NCBI GenBank assembly: GCA_002269645.1 | Contig: NIVC01001029.1 | Span: 1-64,000, forward strand | From: Macrostomum lignano | Taxonomy: Eukaryota | Length of the DNA: 64,000 nt | Reading direction: 5' to 3' | Part shown: positions 61,201 to 64,000 of the stretch, in pieces | How the letters are laid out: each line of letters starts with the position of its first letter | How positions within the stretch are numbered: position 1 is the stretch's first letter | The notes under the pieces: model-generated | Databases searched by the model: none | What the model was told of the DNA's origin: nothing | What the model saw: the letters and a program-made list of their open reading frames with translations, nothing else | Program-made: the position numbers and the translations under genes

Positions 61201-63101
61201 TCGAATAGTTTGAGAAGGACTTGCTGATGTTCTCCACCGGATGGCCGTCACCGCCCAGCCAGCGGCCCGAACTGTGGCAAACTCGATGGGCCCGGCCCTC
61301 GGGAACTGTGGCGGCGGGAAGTGATGGAATGGGGTCTGATTCAGAGTGATTGGCACCGGAAGTGACTGATGTCTCCCCTGGATGTCAGAGTGCTCCCCTA
61401 GATGGCATCGGGCTCAGACAGAATCGGACTCGGACAGAATCGGACTCGGACAGAATCGGACTCGGACAGAATCGGACTCGGACAGAATCGGACTCGGACA
61501 GAATCGGACTCGGACAGAATCGGACTCGGACAGAATCGGACTCGGACAGAATCGGACTCAGACAGAATCGGACTCGGACAGAATCGGACTCGGACAGAAT
61601 CGGACTCGGACAGAATTGGACTCGGACAGAATCGAACTCGGACAGAATCGGACTCGGACAGAATTGGACTGGGATAGAATCGGACTCGGAATCGGACAGA
61701 ATCGGACTCGAACAGAATCGGACTCGGACAGAATCGGACTCGGACAGAATCGGACTCGGACAGAATCGGACTCGGACAGAATTGGACTGGGATAGAATCG
61801 GAATCGGAATCGGACAGAATCGGACTCGGACAGAATCGGACTCGGACAGAATCAGACTCGGACAGAATCGGACTCGGACAGAATCGGACTCGGACAGAAT
61901 CGGACTCGGACAGAATCGGAATTGGACAGAATCGGACTCGGACAGAATCGGAATCGGACAGAATCGGACTCGGACAGAATCGAACTCGGACAGAATCGGA
62001 CTCGGACAGAATCGGACTCGGACAGAATCGGACTCGGACAGAATCGGACTCGGACAGAATCGGACTCGGACAGAATCGGACTCGGACAGAATCGGAATCG
62101 GAATTGGACAGAATCGGACTCGGACAGAATCGGACTCGGACAGAATCGGACTCGGACAGAATCGGACTCGGACAGAATCGGACTCGGACAGAATCGGACT
62201 CGGACAGAATCGGAATCGGACAGAATCGGACTCGGACAGAATCGGCCTCGGACAGAATCGGAATCGGACAGAATCGGACTCGGACAGAGTCGGAATCGGA
62301 CAGAATCGGACTCGGACAGAATCGAACTCGGACAGAATCGGAATCGGACAGAATCGGACTCGGACAGAATCGGAATCGGACAGAATCGGACTCAGACAGA
62401 ATCGGACTCGGACAGAATCGGACTCGGACAGAATCGGACTCTGACAGAATTGGACTCGGACAGAATCGAACTCGGACAGAATCGGACTCGGACAGAATTG
62501 GACTGGGATAGAATCGGACTCGGAATCGGACAGAATCGGACTCGGACAGAATCGGACTCGGACAGAATCGGACTCGGACAGAATCGGACTCGGACAGAAT
62601 CGGACTCGGACAGAATCGGACTCGGACAGAATCGGACTCGGACAGAATCGGACTCGGACAGAATCGGACTCGGACAGAATCGGACTCGGACAGAATCGGA
62701 CTCGGACAGAATCGGACTCGGACAGAATCGGACTCGGACAGAATCGGACTCGGACAGAATCGGACTCGGACAGAATCGGACTCGGACAGAATCGGACTCG
62801 GACAGAATCGGACTCGGACAGAATCGGACTCGGACAGAATCGGACTCGGACAGAATCGGACTCGGACAGAATCGGACTCGGACAGAATCGGACTCGGACA
62901 GAATCGGACTCGGACAGAATCGGACTCGGACAGAATCGGACTCGGACAGAATCGGACTCGGACAGAATCGGACTCGGACAAAATCGGACTCACAGTCAGG
63001 GCAAGGCAGCTTGGCCACCGTGCCGTTCGGAGTTCGAGGCCAGGTGAGGAAGCCGTCATTGTAGGCCGGGCAAAACCGCCTCTGCTCCTTGCTGAGGGTG
63101 G
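48958..63101 (-). CDS. Pdfr: Class B (secretin-family) GPCR, PDF-receptor-like; 5' end unresolved
   Basis: Exons 63101-62994, 61305-61142, 56198-56095, 56025-55884, 54775-54619, 53892-53823, 53668-53599, 52817-52732, 50635-50458, 49227-48958, all phase-compatible. Hormone-receptor ECD (FCP..DG..TWP..PCP, HRVC..GRW, SNYSTC), IHRNLFIAM, WMLIEG, CW, YWIL, NVLRVLVMRLRE, RKALRAALLLLPLLGITN, SFQGLFLALMYCFLSKEV. Confidence 0.88.
49300..50340. repeat. 15-bp minisatellite with a 377-bp internal duplication
   Basis: ATTGACAACCTACC[G/C]; identical ORFs at 49410 and 49787. Confidence 0.95.
50458..50635 (-). CDS. GPCR TM6-TM7 exon
   Basis: KALRAALLLLPLLGITN...SFQGLFLALMYCFLSKE. Confidence 0.9.
50913..51132. 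mobile_element. hAT-like MITE; a related fragment lies at 41200-41450
   Basis: CAGGGGTCGGCAAACC end and GGCCCGCAGGTCGG...CCTG end; GA-rich interior plus AAACCTTGA shared with 41225-41450; no clear TSD. Confidence 0.4.
51900..52550. repeat. 10-bp-based minisatellite
   Basis: CACATCG[G/T]GTC variants. Confidence 0.9.
52732..52817 (-). CDS. GPCR TM5/ICL3 exon
   Basis: INIVLLLNVLRVLVMRLRENRSNE. Confidence 0.85.
52880..53120 (-). mobile_element. Diverged SINE family A-related copy
   Basis: Same central core; B box present as GGAATCGAACC near 53094. Confidence 0.6.
53599..53668 (-). CDS. GPCR ECL2/TM5 exon
   Basis: CWKDSFHSADYWILNACRLTTFV. Confidence 0.85.
53823..53892 (-). CDS. GPCR TM4 exon
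   Basis: GLPVVPTTVWAAVVF. Confidence 0.82.
53950..54612. repeat. 144-bp dimeric (70+74) tandem repeat carrying GTCACGTGA
   Basis: Period 144 (54101, 54245, 54389, 54533). Confidence 0.93.
54619..54775 (-). CDS. GPCR TM3 exon
   Basis: ACTGL...FAWMLIEGINIH...YLLGY. Confidence 0.88.
55502..55790. repeat. 12-bp minisatellite
   Basis: CTCTCAC[C/T]CTGT. Confidence 0.95.
55884..56025 (-). CDS. GPCR ICL1/TM2 exon
   Basis: RNKIHRNLFIAMLMQILAHLLL. Confidence 0.88.
56095..56198 (-). CDS. GPCR TM1 exon
   Basis: EILEIIGDVLSSMSLAFAVAIFCCY. Confidence 0.85.
56250..57685. repeat. 12-bp CT-rich minisatellite with two unit types
   Basis: CACTCTCTCCCT changing to CACTCTCGACCT. Confidence 0.95.
58525..61113. 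repeat. 18/22-bp minisatellite with a 725-bp internal duplication
   Basis: GTCATGTGAGTGACTGTA; marker TAGTCTTGTC at 59421 and 60146. Confidence 0.98.
61142..61305 (-). CDS. GPCR ECD exon B
   Basis: EGRAHRVCHSSGRW...SNYSTCF. Confidence 0.85.
61404..62993. repeat. 16-bp minisatellite
   Basis: GACAGAATCGGACTCG. Confidence 0.98.
62994..63101 (-). CDS. GPCR ECD exon A
   Basis: FCPAYNDGFLTWPRTPNGTVAKLPCPD. Confidence 0.85.
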
Positions 63102-63924
63102 CTGCAAGTTGGCAGGGAGACTCAGTGACAGTAACGCGACTCTGGCTCAGAGCAGTAGTAAACCAGCTAGTCAGAAAAGTCTTTCAAAGGTAATTCGAGC
63201 CAATTTATTCTTAGAGCTCATTAAATGTGTCTGAAAGAAGACTGGAAAATTGAAGAGCTATTCTTACTCATGATGCGGCATAAGGATTCTGGATAAATTC
63301 TTCGTTCCGGATCGCTGCAGGCAAGAAGATTCAAGAAGCCTTCATCTACTATGACGAAATTGAATGAACTGCAATTATGAGAATGCCGCTGCTTCGGTGG
63401 TTCCGGGGTATTTTTCCCGATTTCCTGTTGCGACTCTTTGCGCTTGCCAAACGGCGGTTGAGAAACGGAAGAATTTCGTCGGGCTGAACCGGCCCACCGC
63501 ACCAGGGGGTCGGGATGGGGGTTGGCCAAAAACTACAGGGTTGCAGTGGGGGGAGAGGAAAATCGGGCAAAAAACAAAAAACCCCAGCGCTCGCTGTCCC
63601 CCCCCCCCGCGCTCGTGTTTGCCCCGGGATTTTCGGTGTGAATAATTTATGCTACCTTGGCAGCTGGGCGAACCAGCCAGCGTTCCCGGGACTTGGGGGG
63701 GGGGGGGTTCCTCCCGGAACTGCATGCGGCTCAGCAGGCGGCAGGGGCGCACGGTCGGGGGCAGGAGCAGGGGGCGCTGGCCAATCCTCCAGTTGTCAAA
63801 AGTAGCCGTCAGGTCCTGTCGGGCGTGCTGATTCCAGCTGGCCAACTTGCTGACCGCTGTGTGTTTTCTAAGAATTTCTTAGCGCTACCTGGGTCGGGCG
63901 ACTTGCTTTAACTTGCGTCGTGAT

Positions 63925-64000
63925 GGGTACTTTCGGATTGTGAGTTCGGGTCACTCCGAATATCTAGGACACTCCGAATCTCTGGGTCACTCCGAATCTC
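63925..64000. repeat. Start of a short-period repeat running off the window
   Basis: GGGTCACTCCGAAT recurring. Confidence 0.6.

Noticed and set aside
56213-63107. Long Ser/Leu/His, RS-like, MTTVTH and ESDSDRIG ORFs
   Set aside because: Low-complexity repeat translations inside GPCR introns.
63375-63845. 156-aa minus-strand ORF as a possible upstream GPCR exon
   Set aside because: No convincing phase-1 donor, and no signal peptide or ECD helix that I could recognise; left unassigned.

Overview
Eukaryotic (animal) genomic DNA with GC-rich exons, short canonical GT-AG introns and about 22 kb (about 35%) of tandem repeats. The style suggests a flatworm such as Macrostomum lignano, which is an inference only. 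I reconstructed three minus-strand multi-exon genes by hand, with compatible splice phases at every junction. (1) An RP1/LOXHD1-like protein (DCX-DCX, three PLAT domains, a beta-trefoil-like region), 16 exons from 26959 to 1055, continuing off the window. (2) An HR96/NR1J-like nuclear receptor, 4 coding exons, 41783-37811. (3) A PDF-receptor-like class B GPCR, 10 exons from 63101 to 48958, 5' end not resolved. An intronless plus-strand gene for a secreted EGF/cbEGF/FN2/FN2 protein is nested in an intron of gene 1. Mobile elements include two tRNA-SINE families (one CORE-type), RTE, LOA/I, Gypsy and Penelope relics, a hammerhead-ribozyme-like motif, and MITEs. All very long ORFs in the supplied track are translations of minisatellites. 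The most notable observations are: an internal RFX X-box with an in-frame alternative first exon, AKAP-like helices on micro-exons, a GTCACT core and 5'-splice-site-like words shared by unrelated minisatellites, and a phased E-box array in the PDFR intron.
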